Below are positions 47,203 to 58,300 of a DNA stretch of 64,000 bases, in pieces. A program made the translations under genes and the position numbers. Source of the stretch: Euryarchaeota archaeon UBA86 (GTDB taxonomy: Archaea; Thermoplasmatota; Poseidoniia; Poseidoniales; Thalassarchaeaceae); the NCBI GenBank assembly GCA_002503055.1, contig DAQX01000029.1:2674-66673 (forward strand). The letters are read 5' to 3'. The first letter of the stretch is position 1. Every line of letters begins with the position of its first letter. The notes under the pieces were generated by a model. The model was not told the origin of the DNA, made no database searches, and worked only from the letters and a program-made list of their open reading frames with translations.

Positions 47203-49077
47203 GTGTCTTCCGACAGCAACCAAGTCGATGCTAGCAAAGCGATTAGCAGAGACGCTTCAGACACCGTCGATGACAAACAAGTCGTAGGCCGTAAGATTTG
47301 GCGAATTGCCCCTTATGTCAAGCGTTACTGGAGGCGTGCCTTGGGAGGTTTAGTGTCCAACGGAGCGGCCAGAGCCTTCGATCTTATTCCATTCATCGCC
47401 ATCGGCATGGCAGCCGATTACTATCAGAGTGGCACTTACACAAGTTCGCTAATCGAGTCGTTCGTTAATTCGGGTAATCTACCCTCTCCTGAGATTGGTT
47501 TCGGCGTATTAATTTTGATTTCATTCATCGGATTAGCTGTTTTCCAAGGAATCAGTGAATTCCTTTGGCAGTCTACAGCCTACAAAGTCCAACACGACAT
47601 CAGAATGGATGCTACTGCCAGTTTGATGGCGATGGAAGCATCTTACTTCGAGACTAGACAGACTGGGAATCTGATGGCTGTTCTGTCTGCGGATGTAGCC
47701 CAACTGGAGGATATTGTTTCGGACGCATCTACTTCGATGATTCGTATCCTAATCACATTTGCAACGGCCTTTACGATAATGATCTGGATGTCACCCACTC
47801 TTGCACTAATCTTGGGAATTCCACTTCTCCTGGTGATTCCAATGGTCGTGTGGTTCTCTACCAGAGTCCAGCGAAGGTACCGCAAGCAGAGAGAAAGTAC
47901 AGGGGGAATAGTCTCTATTCTCGAGAATGTGCTTTCTGGAATTGTTACAGTTCAGGCTTACAATGCTGGCAGTTTCGAACTTTCCAGAGTCGAAAGCGAG
48001 AGTGGAGAATATAGGGATCAGGCCATTCATGCAGCCAATTTGAGAAACAGATTCATTCCTGGGATCTATGTTGTCGCTGGCTTATCTTTCGCCTTACTAG
48101 TTTCTGCCGGCGGATGGTTAATGGAGTCAGGTGAGATTACTGTGGGACAGTTCGTCACATTCTTACTAATCTCAACTAGAATGACGATGCCGATGTTCAT
48201 CCTCGGAATGCTTCTGAATCAACTACAGCGAGGCGAGGCTGCATCGAAGAGAGTTTTCGCGATTATCGATCTCGAGCCCACGATATTTGACAGAGAGGAC
48301 GCCATGCCATTGGAGACACCAATCACATCAATCACATTCGACGATGTATCCTTCGCTTACCCAACATCGGAAAACAATGTTCTCAACGGAATAAATCTCT
48401 CAGTATCTTCTGGAGAATTCCTTGGAGTCATGGGCCACACAGGCGCGGGCAAGAGTACCATTCTGAAACTCGTAGAGAGATTCTATGAGCCTCAGCAAGG
48501 GACTGTCAAAATCAATGGTATTGACATCAATGAATACGCGATTAAGACTGTCAGGGAGAGAATAGGCTTCGTCAGTCAAGATCCATTCATGTTCTACGGA
48601 GATATCAGGTCTAATGTCGCCTATGCTAGAGAGGCTACGGATGATGAGATTCAGAAGTCCCTAGAGATTGCCGGGGCATGGGAATTCGTCTCCCAATTAT
48701 CAGACGGAATCAATACCATGGTCGGAGATAGAGGGGTGATGCTATCCGGAGGTCAGCGTGCTAGAATAGCACTCGCTAGAGCATTGCTCAAGGATCCCGA
48801 CTTACTAGTTCTAGACGAAGCATCTGCTGCACTGGATGCAGAGACAGAGAAGAGAATCCAGATGTCTCTCTTCGGAGGTTCCAACGGCGACTCAAATAGG
48901 ATCACAATCGCCGTCGCGCACCGCCTAGCTACAATCAGAAAAGCAGACGAAATTGTCGCGATGGTAGATGGAGCAATAGTCGAGCGAGGACCTCATTCAG
49001 AACTTCTTGAGAACGACAATGTATACGCGTCGCAGTGGTCGATTCAAACAGGCGAACTCGGCGCTTCCGAAGCCTAA
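47203..49077 (+). CDS. ABC exporter, fused permease/ATPase (MsbA/MdlA-like)
   Basis: 6-TM domain; GHTGAGKS, LSGGQ, LVLDEA, AHRL. Confidence 0.94.
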   Translation: MSSDSNQVDASKAISRDASDTVDDKQVVGRKIWRIAPYVKRYWRRALGGLVSNGAARAFDLIPFIAIGMAADYYQSGTYTSSLIESFVNSGNLPSPEIGFGVLILISFIGLAVFQGISEFLWQSTAYKVQHDIRMDATASLMAMEASYFETRQTGNLMAVLSADVAQLEDIVSDASTSMIRILITFATAFTIMIWMSPTLALILGIPLLLVIPMVVWFSTRVQRRYRKQRESTGGIVSILENVLSGIVTVQAYNAGSFELSRVESESGEYRDQAIHAANLRNRFIPGIYVVAGLSFALLVSAGGWLMESGEITVGQFVTFLLISTRMTMPMFILGMLLNQLQRGEAASKRVFAIIDLEPTIFDREDAMPLETPITSITFDDVSFAYPTSENNVLNGINLSVSSGEFLGVMGHTGAGKSTILKLVERFYEPQQGTVKINGIDINEYAIKTVRERIGFVSQDPFMFYGDIRSNVAYAREATDDEIQKSLEIAGAWEFVSQLSDGINTMVGDRGVMLSGGQRARIALARALLKDPDLLVLDEASAALDAETEKRIQMSLFGGSNGDSNRITIAVAHRLATIRKADEIVAMVDGAIVERGPHSELLENDNVYASQWSIQTGELGASEA

Positions 49078-50162
49078 ATGGCTCTATTTCTATCGTCAAT
49101 CTGTAAGCCCGGATTACCGGTGAAAATCCTCCACCAGCCTCGTAATACTCCGATTCCATAGCTCCAGTGCAGAGTGAATATTACAATCGGAGAGAGGAAT
49201 ATAGTAGTCAGATTACGATTCGGCGAGTTACCTGCAGCAGAGCCATACCAAGCGATTAGATTGTACATGAAAATCAGCCATGGAAGGGCCAGGACAAACA
49301 ATCTCTCTATTCCGAGTTCTAGAGTGCTTAGAGAGAAGTCCCACCACGGCGAGGCTAGCCCACCGTTTTCTGATCCCCAATAGAATGCAGCGAAGGCTGC
49401 TATCACAATCGGAGGGAATAATGCCACCATCACATGACTCCAAGAGCGCAAATCGGAATGCTGGTTACTAGCGAGAGTTCTGACTAATCCGTAATTCGAA
49501 ATCTGTTTTCTTACCCGCGAGAGATTCCTTCTGCGATGCCACATTATTGCCGTTCTATCGGTCCACAAACGATGCCCCGCACTTCTGATACTGCGGTCTA
49601 GAAGCACATCCTCTGCACCAATGCTACCTTCTGGAAAGCCACCCACTTCTTCGAGCACTGAGCGCCTGTATGCAGAGTTCACTCCCGGTAACTGCTCGAC
49701 CTCTTCCAGCTCCGAAGCTCCAATCTTACCGTAATTTGTTCCAGCAGTGAAAATACGACTGCAAAAACTCACATCGATGACCTGCTGTTGCAAGGTCGAA
49801 TGGTCTGGAGGGCCAAAGTTAGGGCCACCGACTCCAGCGACTTCAGGCCTCTCGAACCACCTACTCAGTCGAGAAACCCACTCTTCAGGAACAATCACAT
49901 CGTCGTCTGTGAACATTACCAACTCTGAATCGGTCGCCGCGAGCGCTACATTACAAGCGTCTGCGCGTGTTCTGCAACCTTGGTCATCGATGAATCGAAT
50001 TCCTCGAGATTCAGCCTGTTTTCGGCCGGAATCATTAGGCGGTCCAACTACAACCACCTCTAATGATCCAAAGTAGTCCTGTGATTGTAAACCATCCAGC
50101 GCAATGCCCAATTCGTCACTGTTTGCGACACTCGGAATAATGACGCAGACTGAACGACTCAT
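49074..50162 (-). CDS. Glycosyltransferase family 2 with C-terminal TMs
   Basis: VIIP, A.N, FTDDD, GGF, AED motifs. Confidence 0.88.
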   Translation of the reverse strand: MSRSVCVIIPSVANSDELGIALDGLQSQDYFGSLEVVVVGPPNDSGRKQAESRGIRFIDDQGCRTRADACNVALAATDSELVMFTDDDVIVPEEWVSRLSRWFERPEVAGVGGPNFGPPDHSTLQQQVIDVSFCSRIFTAGTNYGKIGASELEEVEQLPGVNSAYRRSVLEEVGGFPEGSIGAEDVLLDRSIRSAGHRLWTDRTAIMWHRRRNLSRVRKQISNYGLVRTLASNQHSDLRSWSHVMVALFPPIVIAAFAAFYWGSENGGLASPWWDFSLSTLELGIERLFVLALPWLIFMYNLIAWYGSAAGNSPNRNLTTIFLSPIVIFTLHWSYGIGVLRGWWRIFTGNPGLQIDDRNRAI

Positions 50163-50199
50163 GGCCCGCGGCGATAGTAGTACCTCAAGAGGTAATAGG

Positions 50200-50946
50200 T
50201 CAATCGTTAGTTACTCTTGGTGCTAGGAAGTAAGTCCAACTGGCACCGCCATCATTGCTATTCCAATCCAGTCGCAGTGGAAACTTATCCTGGAATCTAA
50301 CCTGGACATCGCTAGCCAGCCCCGAAGCCAGCTTTCGAGTGAGTGGATCTAGGAACTGTAGGCTGTAGGTACCTTGTGTTGGCGAAGGGCATGTCAACTC
50401 ACTAAGCTCTCCGGATTCAAAGCTCACATTTACTCCCTCTCCAGCTTCAACAGTAACACTGACTCGCAACTCCTTACTATCGATACTCAAATCGACCAGT
50501 TCTCCGACGAATTTAGCAGCGCGAAGTGACCTACTCAACTTCTCAGCATCTATGGTGGCGCTGCAATTGAAGTCAAGGACTGGTAACTTAGGGTCGGACA
50601 TAGAGTTCGTATCCAGTCCTCTGAGGATACGGTGAACCTGTCCCACTCTGACATTTACGGCCCCCACTGCATCGTCATAGTCAATCTCTACCAAATCCGA
50701 TGGACCTGCAAGCGTTAACAAGTCTCGGAGCTTTCCTAATTCCAGACCAATCTCAACTGGCTCACACTCGTATGTCTCGAAGCAAGCATCAGAAATTGTA
50801 GCGGAAAGAAGCGCGACATGTGAACCATCCACTACATTGACAGTGAGTCCTTTCTCACCCCAACTCATCTTTGCCTCTTCAGTGAGGACAGAGAGGAGAT
50901 CAACAATCTCTCTCATCAGTTGTGTGTTTGCTGTGACTCTTAGCAT
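50200..50946 (-). CDS. pcn: DNA sliding clamp PCNA
   Basis: VD.SHVAL, F..Y, YS..FL, P, YFLAPR; SD GAGGTGA upstream. Confidence 0.9.
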   Translation of the reverse strand: MLRVTANTQLMREIVDLLSVLTEEAKMSWGEKGLTVNVVDGSHVALLSATISDACFETYECEPVEIGLELGKLRDLLTLAGPSDLVEIDYDDAVGAVNVRVGQVHRILRGLDTNSMSDPKLPVLDFNCSATIDAEKLSRSLRAAKFVGELVDLSIDSKELRVSVTVEAGEGVNVSFESGELSELTCPSPTQGTYSLQFLDPLTRKLASGLASDVQVRFQDKFPLRLDWNSNDGGASWTYFLAPRVTND

Positions 50947-51016
50947 CATATCACCTCGTCTGTATTGCACTGTAGTATTGGAGGTCTTTCATCCTTCGTG
51001 GTTGGCCTCTAAGGGT

Positions 51017-51406
51017 CTATTGGTACTCTCTGAACTTCTTCCCACAGTTCTTGCAGGTGCAGATTTTTGTTTCAGGCTCGTCTGAACTCCTAGTTTGCAT
51101 CAGGACTACGAAAATCTCATTCTTATCGCACTCAGGACATCGAATATCCCCTACTCTGAGCACTCCCTTGCCCTCTTCCTCTTCCACAACTTCGGTTAGA
51201 TGCTTCAGAGATTTCTCCGAGCCCGATGCTGTAGCGTTGGCAAGATCAATGGTCTCTCCAGTCATTGGATCAGTGAATGTGCCGCCCTTTCCATCGTCGC
51301 CGCTCAAAGGGCCCTCGTAACCACATTTGTAGTTAGGACACTTGATGCATCCAGATGCATCTGGATACGACAACGCTCCACATTCAGGACAAAACATCTC
51401 TCTCAA
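51017..51406 (-). CDS. tfs: Transcription factor S / RpoM
   Basis: FCPECG N-terminal ribbon; CPEC...QTRSSDEPET..C.C..C. Confidence 0.9.
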   Translation of the reverse strand: MREMFCPECGALSYPDASGCIKCPNYKCGYEGPLSGDDGKGGTFTDPMTGETIDLANATASGSEKSLKHLTEVVEEEEGKGVLRVGDIRCPECDKNEIFVVLMQTRSSDEPETKICTCKNCGKKFREYQ

Positions 51407-51543
51407 ACCCTAGTCGGGGCTCAACCAACCGAACAGGGACAAACCAACCGTCTATTCAACTATTCTGTGGAATGACTCCTCCTAAGCATCACAGAAGCGA
51501 TTGGAACCGCACCGTTCAAGCCTCACAGCACTGCCCGGCATAT

Positions 51544-52548
51544 GTGAGGTTACATTACGATTGGAGGATGGCCCGCGTGGTCGACGACGATGCAAACATC
51601 GTTGATGAGATTTCATGGACTTCAAAACATTCTGTCGGAGCACTAACTGATAGACTGGAGGAACTTCAGTCAGGAAACCTGAGTCCAGAGGCCAAAACTC
51701 TCGCAGAAAGATTCCCAGACGCGCGCCCAGACAGTATGGCCGTACTCTCGGATCCCGAATGGCCCGACTTGAGTGAAGATGAACATTCTATGCTTTCCGC
51801 GGCCTCAGCCAGATTGGCGAAGCGAGGAGTTGCAAACTCTGCTGCTGACCCAGATCGCAGACTCGACATGCTTTCGGGTGCGACTAGCGAACTCCGAGCT
51901 GCATGGGGAACTAGTGAGGCCAGATGCGTCGAGTGGGCAGGCCTTTTCCTTCCAGATGCTGATTTGGATGCACAGAGGGAACAGATTCCAGCAGCTATTG
52001 CTGATGCGGAATCGATCGATTCGGCTGCTACAACCCTAGGTTTGCAAACTCCAGAACATTCTCCTGGTGAACAGGAATGGGTTGCCTTGTGCGCTCATGC
52101 TAGAGGAGTAATAGAATTGGCTGAGAGATTAAACTCGGCTGAACAGGCAACTCGGTCACTCGCACAGCAATATGTGCCCACGCTGAGTCTACTCGTAGGT
52201 CCTCTTGGAGCAGCCAAGATGGTGACTCTTGCCAGAGGCCGAGAGAGATTGGCCCGTATGCCCAGCGGTAGTTTACAGGTACTGGGAGCCAGTGGAGCCA
52301 TGGCTGCACACAGGAGAGGAGCACCACCACCAAAGCACTCTCCAATTCTTTTCTCACTACCACAGGTCTCAAAGTCGCCTAGATGGGTCCGTGGCAAGAT
52401 TGCCCGCTATCTTGCTGGAAAGTGCTCAATCGCAGTAAGAGTAGACCACTTCAATGGAGAGCCTTGGGGAGACGAGCAGATCGACGAGATAAACAAAGAA
52501 TGTCAGAACATCAAGGACAGGTTCCCAAAACCCCCTAAGAGGAGGTAA
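51544..52548 (+). CDS. nop5: C/D snoRNP scaffold Nop5 (Nop56/58), divergent
   Basis: P.L..LVGP..AA, LA.MPS..LQVLGA, PPKH, RGKIAR.LA.K..IA.RVD; directly upstream of fibrillarin. Confidence 0.85.
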   Translation: MRLHYDWRMARVVDDDANIVDEISWTSKHSVGALTDRLEELQSGNLSPEAKTLAERFPDARPDSMAVLSDPEWPDLSEDEHSMLSAASARLAKRGVANSAADPDRRLDMLSGATSELRAAWGTSEARCVEWAGLFLPDADLDAQREQIPAAIADAESIDSAATTLGLQTPEHSPGEQEWVALCAHARGVIELAERLNSAEQATRSLAQQYVPTLSLLVGPLGAAKMVTLARGRERLARMPSGSLQVLGASGAMAAHRRGAPPPKHSPILFSLPQVSKSPRWVRGKIARYLAGKCSIAVRVDHFNGEPWGDEQIDEINKECQNIKDRFPKPPKRR

Positions 52549-52550
52549 GA

Positions 52551-53249
52551 ATGAGCCGCAAGCCAGCGAAACTTGCATGGGGCGTGCGTCGCGAAGGCCG
52601 CTCTCTATGGACAAGGAATGCAGTTAGAGGGGTCTCTCTAAGGGGAGAGCGCAGGAAGACAGATTCGAGAATAGAATGGAGGTCCTGGGCAGCATCAAAA
52701 TCGAAAGTAGCTGCTGCTTTATTGAGGACCTCAAACAACCCCTCTGAATTGCTACCAGAAACTGGCTCTACATGCTTGTACCTAGGTGCATCTTACGGCT
52801 CAACTGTAAGCCATATTCACGACCATGTCTGTGGTTCGGGAAACCACCATCGAGGACAAGTTGTAGCAGTAGAGATTTCTCCGCGTGCGATGAGAGAACT
52901 ATCTACGCTCGCTGCCAGCAGGCCAGGATTAGTCCCAGTTCTTGCTGATGCTCGAGTGCCAAGTCAGGTTGTACCATTCATGCGCGGTAAGGCAGATTGG
53001 ATGCACCAAGATTTGAGCATTGCAGATCAGGCCCAGTCTTTCGTAAATATGGCTCAAGCCTTCCTTAGGCCAGGAGGCACTGGTCTACTATCTTTGAAAG
53101 CGGCTAGTGAGAGGTCGTCACAAGGAGATGATGACAGCAGATTTGCTATGGCCGAGCAAATTCTAGAAGATTCCGAACTCAGATTAATTGAGAGAATTGA
53201 CCTAACTGGATTGGAAGAACAGCATGTTCTTTTCCATGTCAAGGGCTAA
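52551..53249 (+). CDS. flpA: Fibrillarin rRNA/tRNA 2'-O-methyltransferase
   Basis: WR.W...SK.AAA, LYLGAS.G.TVSH, AVE, DAR.P, QD...DQ. Confidence 0.92.
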   Translation: MSRKPAKLAWGVRREGRSLWTRNAVRGVSLRGERRKTDSRIEWRSWAASKSKVAAALLRTSNNPSELLPETGSTCLYLGASYGSTVSHIHDHVCGSGNHHRGQVVAVEISPRAMRELSTLAASRPGLVPVLADARVPSQVVPFMRGKADWMHQDLSIADQAQSFVNMAQAFLRPGGTGLLSLKAASERSSQGDDDSRFAMAEQILEDSELRLIERIDLTGLEEQHVLFHVKG

Positions 53250-53257
53250 CTCATTCT

Positions 53258-53671
53258 CTAGAAAAATGCTAATCCACCAAGTGCTGCTCCGCCACCGACG
53301 ATTAATATTCCATATCCAATCAGTGAGAGGTAGTTCAGAACTAGTCCAATAATCGCCTCATTGCGCCTGAGTCCACCTAGGTTGTTGGCGTCCCTGAGTC
53401 CCAAGTGACCTAACACAATTCCGACAATCATGGTTATCGGTGCAAGACAGGCAGTAAAGCAAAGGAACGGGGCCGAGATATGGCATACCCAAGTCGCTAT
53501 TCCCAATACTAAGCTGATAGTGGCATTATCGTTATTCTGAGGGATTGGGACCATGGGGCTCACAAATGCTCCGGCATTTGCAGGTGCATTCGTATAGGGA
53601 TCGAACTCCTGCTTATCGTCACCAGTTGATGGACTGCCATCGAATACCGGGCCGCTTTGTGAGTCCTCCAT
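53258..53671 (-). CDS. DUF4190-like membrane protein
   Basis: A..SLVLGI...GIVLGH.G......A..GLVL.Y. Confidence 0.75.
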   Translation of the reverse strand: MEDSQSGPVFDGSPSTGDDKQEFDPYTNAPANAGAFVSPMVPIPQNNDNATISLVLGIATWVCHISAPFLCFTACLAPITMIVGIVLGHLGLRDANNLGGLRRNEAIIGLVLNYLSLIGYGILIVGGGAALGGLAFF

Positions 53672-53746
53672 GTTTGTACACATTCGCATTCGGATTTAAT
53701 ATCTACCAAGAGTCAGAATCATGGAGTCGGACCTTCTCAGGTAAAC

Positions 53747-54598
53747 ATGCCCGAGTTGCCCGAGGTCGAGACCGTTAGGCGCGGATTGGAGAGACATCTG
53801 CTAGGCCGGACGATTGAGCGAGTAGAACTCAGAAGGCCAGATCTTAGATTCCCATTTCCACCAGGATTTGAGAGGATGCTCTCAGGTAGAATCGTGGAGA
53901 ATCTCGACAGACGGGCAAAGTATCTGCTGACAAGACTTAGTGGAGGTGTGACATGGATGTGCCATCTAGGAATGACCGGTCGATGGACATTGCTCGATGC
54001 TAATAGCACCGAGGCAGATGATGGACCTCATGACTGGGTAGTATTGCATCTCGATGACGGCGGTAAGGCAGTGTTTACTGATCATCGAAGGTTCGGTTTC
54101 ATGGATGCATTCGAAACCGACAAACAGAATCAGAACAAGTTCCTATCCAAACTCGGTCCAGAACCTACTCCAGATTACCTGACTCCAATGGATCTTGCTG
54201 ATGCACTTAGGGGACGCAAAACTCCGATGAAGTCTGCATTGCTAGATCAATCCACAGTGGCCGGTCTTGGGAATATTTATGTCTGTGAGATTCTATTCAG
54301 ATCTGGAGTCTCGCCAAAGAGAAGCGCATCTTCTGTAGCCGGCAAGTCAGGAGTCACAAAGCGAGTAGAGAGAGTTACTGCAGCAACTCATGATGTCATT
54401 ACTGAGGCAATCGATGCCGGTGGCTCGACCATCAGTGATTTCGTCAATGTAGAGGGCGACTTGGGTTACTTCAGCCACTCCTTCCAAGTCTATGGAAGGG
54501 AAGGAGAGGCATGTGTAGTTGAGGACTGCAAGTCAACTATCAGACGTATCGTGCAGTCAGGAAGATCGACCTTCTATTGCCCGAATTGTCAGCGCTAA
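53747..54598 (+). CDS. mutM: Formamidopyrimidine-DNA glycosylase
   Basis: MPELPEVE, RRAKYL, HLGMTG, GLGNIY, C-terminal zinc finger. Confidence 0.96.
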   Translation: MPELPEVETVRRGLERHLLGRTIERVELRRPDLRFPFPPGFERMLSGRIVENLDRRAKYLLTRLSGGVTWMCHLGMTGRWTLLDANSTEADDGPHDWVVLHLDDGGKAVFTDHRRFGFMDAFETDKQNQNKFLSKLGPEPTPDYLTPMDLADALRGRKTPMKSALLDQSTVAGLGNIYVCEILFRSGVSPKRSASSVAGKSGVTKRVERVTAATHDVITEAIDAGGSTISDFVNVEGDLGYFSHSFQVYGREGEACVVEDCKSTIRRIVQSGRSTFYCPNCQR

Positions 54599-55354
54599 TC
54601 AGCGTAGCATCAGCATCGTTTTGACAATCATTAGTTGTAGTCTAATTGGCAAAATCCTACCCAATAGAGGGACTCCCCAATTGACAAAACCCGGAATGAC
54701 TTCTCTTCGTCTATTCATCATCGCTCTCACAGCAATCTTAGCCACTCTTTCAACACGCATTGCACTCCAAAGCTCCACGCCTGTGAGTTTCATTCCCGAG
54801 ACTTCTTGGAAACCAGTCTGAACATATCCGGGGCAAAGCGCAGTAACCGAAACTCCGGCCCCCTTCAATTCAGAACTCATCGCACGTGACAGGGAGAGAA
54901 CATACGACTTGCTGGCACAATAGACAGCCATGCCAGGTCCGGGCTGGAAAGCAGCAATTGAGGCCACATTCAGTATCTTCCCACTTCCTTGACTTTTCAT
55001 CTTGGTAGAATAATGGTGCCCTAAGGCAGTCAATGCCCTGATATTGACATCTACAATTCCTAACAATTCATCAGAATCTTGTTCTGTCATTTTACCGTAT
55101 AATCCATATCCAGCATTATTGACCAGTATGTCCACATTCTCATTCAATTGGATTAGCCTATCGACCTCTGCAGGAATTGAGAGATCTGCCGTGATAACTT
55201 CAACTTTAGTGGAATCACTTAATTCCTCAGCTAGAGAATTTAGCAGATTTTCTCGCCTTCCCGTAATTATCAGACGATCTACTTTGGTTGCTAGAATCTT
55301 GGCTATCTCTAGTCCAATACCGCTGGATGCACCAGTGACAAGTGCTACTGACAT
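54599..55354 (-). CDS. Short-chain dehydrogenase/reductase
   Basis: TGASSGIG, NNAG, YCASK. Confidence 0.92.
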   Translation of the reverse strand: MSVALVTGASSGIGLEIAKILATKVDRLIITGRRENLLNSLAEELSDSTKVEVITADLSIPAEVDRLIQLNENVDILVNNAGYGLYGKMTEQDSDELLGIVDVNIRALTALGHHYSTKMKSQGSGKILNVASIAAFQPGPGMAVYCASKSYVLSLSRAMSSELKGAGVSVTALCPGYVQTGFQEVSGMKLTGVELWSAMRVERVAKIAVRAMMNRRREVIPGFVNWGVPLLGRILPIRLQLMIVKTMLMLR

Positions 55355-55366
55355 TCAACAGCCTCA

Positions 55367-58300
55367 TCACATGTTTCGGCGGAACTTTCCACCAGTCTCA
55401 AACAGGGCCTGTGTGACTTGTCCAACCGTACAATAATCCACTATATCCATCATAACCTCAAACAGGTTTCCACCCTCGCGAGCGACCTGCTTCAGTCTAG
55501 CAAGACCAGCCTCGGCCTCAGCCGAATGAGCCTCTTTGAACTCCTTGTTACGGCCGATTACCATATGACGCTCAGACTCATCTGAACGAGTCACATCGAC
55601 ATCGAAGTCGTCAGACGACATTACCGCAGAACCTTCGTCGATGTAGGTATTTACGCCCACTATAGGCAACTCCCCTGAGTGCTTGCGCTGCTCATACACC
55701 ATCGACTCATCTTGGATACGGTTACGCTGGTAGTTGACCTCTAATGAGCCTAGTACTCCTCCTCGCGCATGCATCTCCTCGAAGATTCTCAGAACTCTCT
55801 CCTCCACATTGTCGGTCAACCACTCGGCAAAGAATGAGCCCTGTAGTGGATTCTCGTTCTGAAGCCAACCATACTCCTTAGACAAAATCAGTTGGATTGC
55901 AACAGCGTCCCTGACAGTATCTTCAGTTGGTGTTCCGAAAGCCTCGTCACGACTGTTTGTATGTAGTGAGTTTGCGTTGTCAGCGAGGGCGTAAAGGGCT
56001 TGCAAGGTTGTTCGGTAATCATTCCAAGTAAACTCCTGAGAGTGCAGGCTTCGCCCACTTCCCTGAATATGGTACTTGAGTTTCTGACCTCGGTCTCCGA
56101 CACCATACAAATCGCGCATAGCGATGGCCCAGATTCTTCTACTAACTCGACCAATCACACCGTATTCTGGGTCCATGCCGTTTGAGAAGAACCAACTGAA
56201 GTTACGCAGGAATTTGTCGGCATTGAGGCCACGCGCCTTGAACAACTCGACATAGGTCAAACCGTTGGAGAGAGTGAGAGCAGCCTGGCTGATTGGATTC
56301 GCCCCTGCCTCGTCAATATGGTAGCCAGAGATTGAGACGAAGTAGTGGTTACGGACATCATTATCCACATAGAATTCAGCCACATCTCCCATCATTCTCA
56401 GAGCAGTATCAAGATTGAATACTAGGGTGTTTTGGCCCATAGCTTCCTTGAGTTGGTCCGCTTGTACAGTGCCTCGCACAGTGCTTAGTGTTCTAGTCTT
56501 GATTTCGGCATACTCATCTTCAGTCGGATCCCTACCATTCTCTTCTACGAACTTGGCTACTTGCTGGCGGATTGCAACTGTAAAGAATGCAGCAAGGTGC
56601 CACCAGTAATTGCCATTTATTGTCTTAGATACTGATGTATTAGGTGCGCACAAATCGAAACCTTCGAACAACTTCTCCATCTCATCTACAGTACTGATTG
56701 ATACTCCTGATTCACACACCTTACCGAAGATATCGAGCCTTTCTACTGGATCATGTCCGTAAAGACTGGGCGAATCAAAAGCGACCGATAGTCGGTTGAA
56801 CGGTTGATCTCTGGAAAGGAAGTGGTAGCGCTTGTTAGTACGCTCAGCGCTCCCCTCGCCAGCAAACATCCTGACCGGAAGCTCGTCTGCTCGCTTGAAT
56901 GGGAATACACCACCAGTGTAAGGGAATAATCCGGGCGCATTTTCTCTCCGAATCCATTCAAGCCTGTCTCCCCAATCCTCGGTATCTGGTAGTGCAACCC
57001 GAGGCAAATCCAAGCCAGATAGGGTGGTCCTAGTTGTTTCAACGGGAATCTCCTTTCCTCTGACTGTATAACTCGCTTCTCCGGATCTGTAGGCGGCCGC
57101 CCTTGCTTCGAAATCCTCGAGAGCCTGCCAAGCCTCCTCTGCAACTTCTGCTCTGACGCCTACGGCCTCCTCAGCCAAATCATCTGCAGCCGTATCCTTA
57201 CCGCTCGATCGCATTTGTTCGGCCGAAGCCTCTAGTTGCTGAACAAGTCTAACTCGACGAACAGTCTCATCGGTTCTCTGATGGTAACTACGGACAGAAG
57301 AAGCGACTTCTGCCAGGTAACCCTGCCTTTCTGAAGGAATAGGATTTGAGCGGTGTGGCAGACCATCCTTGCCAATTCTAGCTGGAGCCGCATAGAAGTC
57401 TGCGCCGAGTTTTTCACTAAGGATACCCGACAATCTCTCCCATAGCATGTCAACTCCGGCATCTGCGAACTGACTAGCAATTGTTGGAATCACAGGCAGA
57501 GTCGAATCATCTGCATCCCACAACTCCCGATTGCGCTTGAACTGCTTACGAATCTCAGAGAGGGCCTCTTCGGAACCTCTCCGATCGAACTTGTTGAGCA
57601 CAATGAGATCGGCTGCATCAAGCATCTCCAACTTCTCTAATTGGCTTGGAGCTCCATATTCGCGAGTTGTTACATACATCGAGACATCAGCGACCTCGGT
57701 AATCGCATCATCACCTTGCCCGATTCCACTAGTCTCTACGAATACCAAATCGAAGCCAACTGCCTGACAGACCTGAACTGCCCTGTCCACACAGTCAGCG
57801 ATTTCTCGTCCGCTTTCTCTGCTAGCGAATGAGCGCATGAACAGGTTCTCATCAGAGAGAGAATTCATCCTTATCCTATCGCCCAGAAGTGCCCCCCCAG
57901 TCCTCTTTCGCGTTGGATCAGTTGCAAGTAGAGCGATTTTCATTCCAGGATTATCTCTCTGAATTCTAAGCATAATCTCATCAGTCAGACTAGACTTACC
58001 GGCCCCTCCAGTTCCTGTCAGCCCTACTATAGGACAAACTTCCTCCTCAGGGCGTGAACGAACTCGCTGTAGAACAGCCGAGAAAGAATCCTCGTCACCG
58101 TTCTCTGCTAGTGTGAGTATTTTTGAGACAGAACCATGGTCATCAGCCGTTACAGGGTTAGCCAGAGAATCAAAGCGAGAAGAATCCAGCAAATCCGCAT
58201 TCGATGCTCTTTCCATGGCATCCTGTACCATTCCGACAAGCCCTAGATTACGACCATCATCAGGCGAGTAGATTCGGGCAATATTCTTCTCATCTAGATG

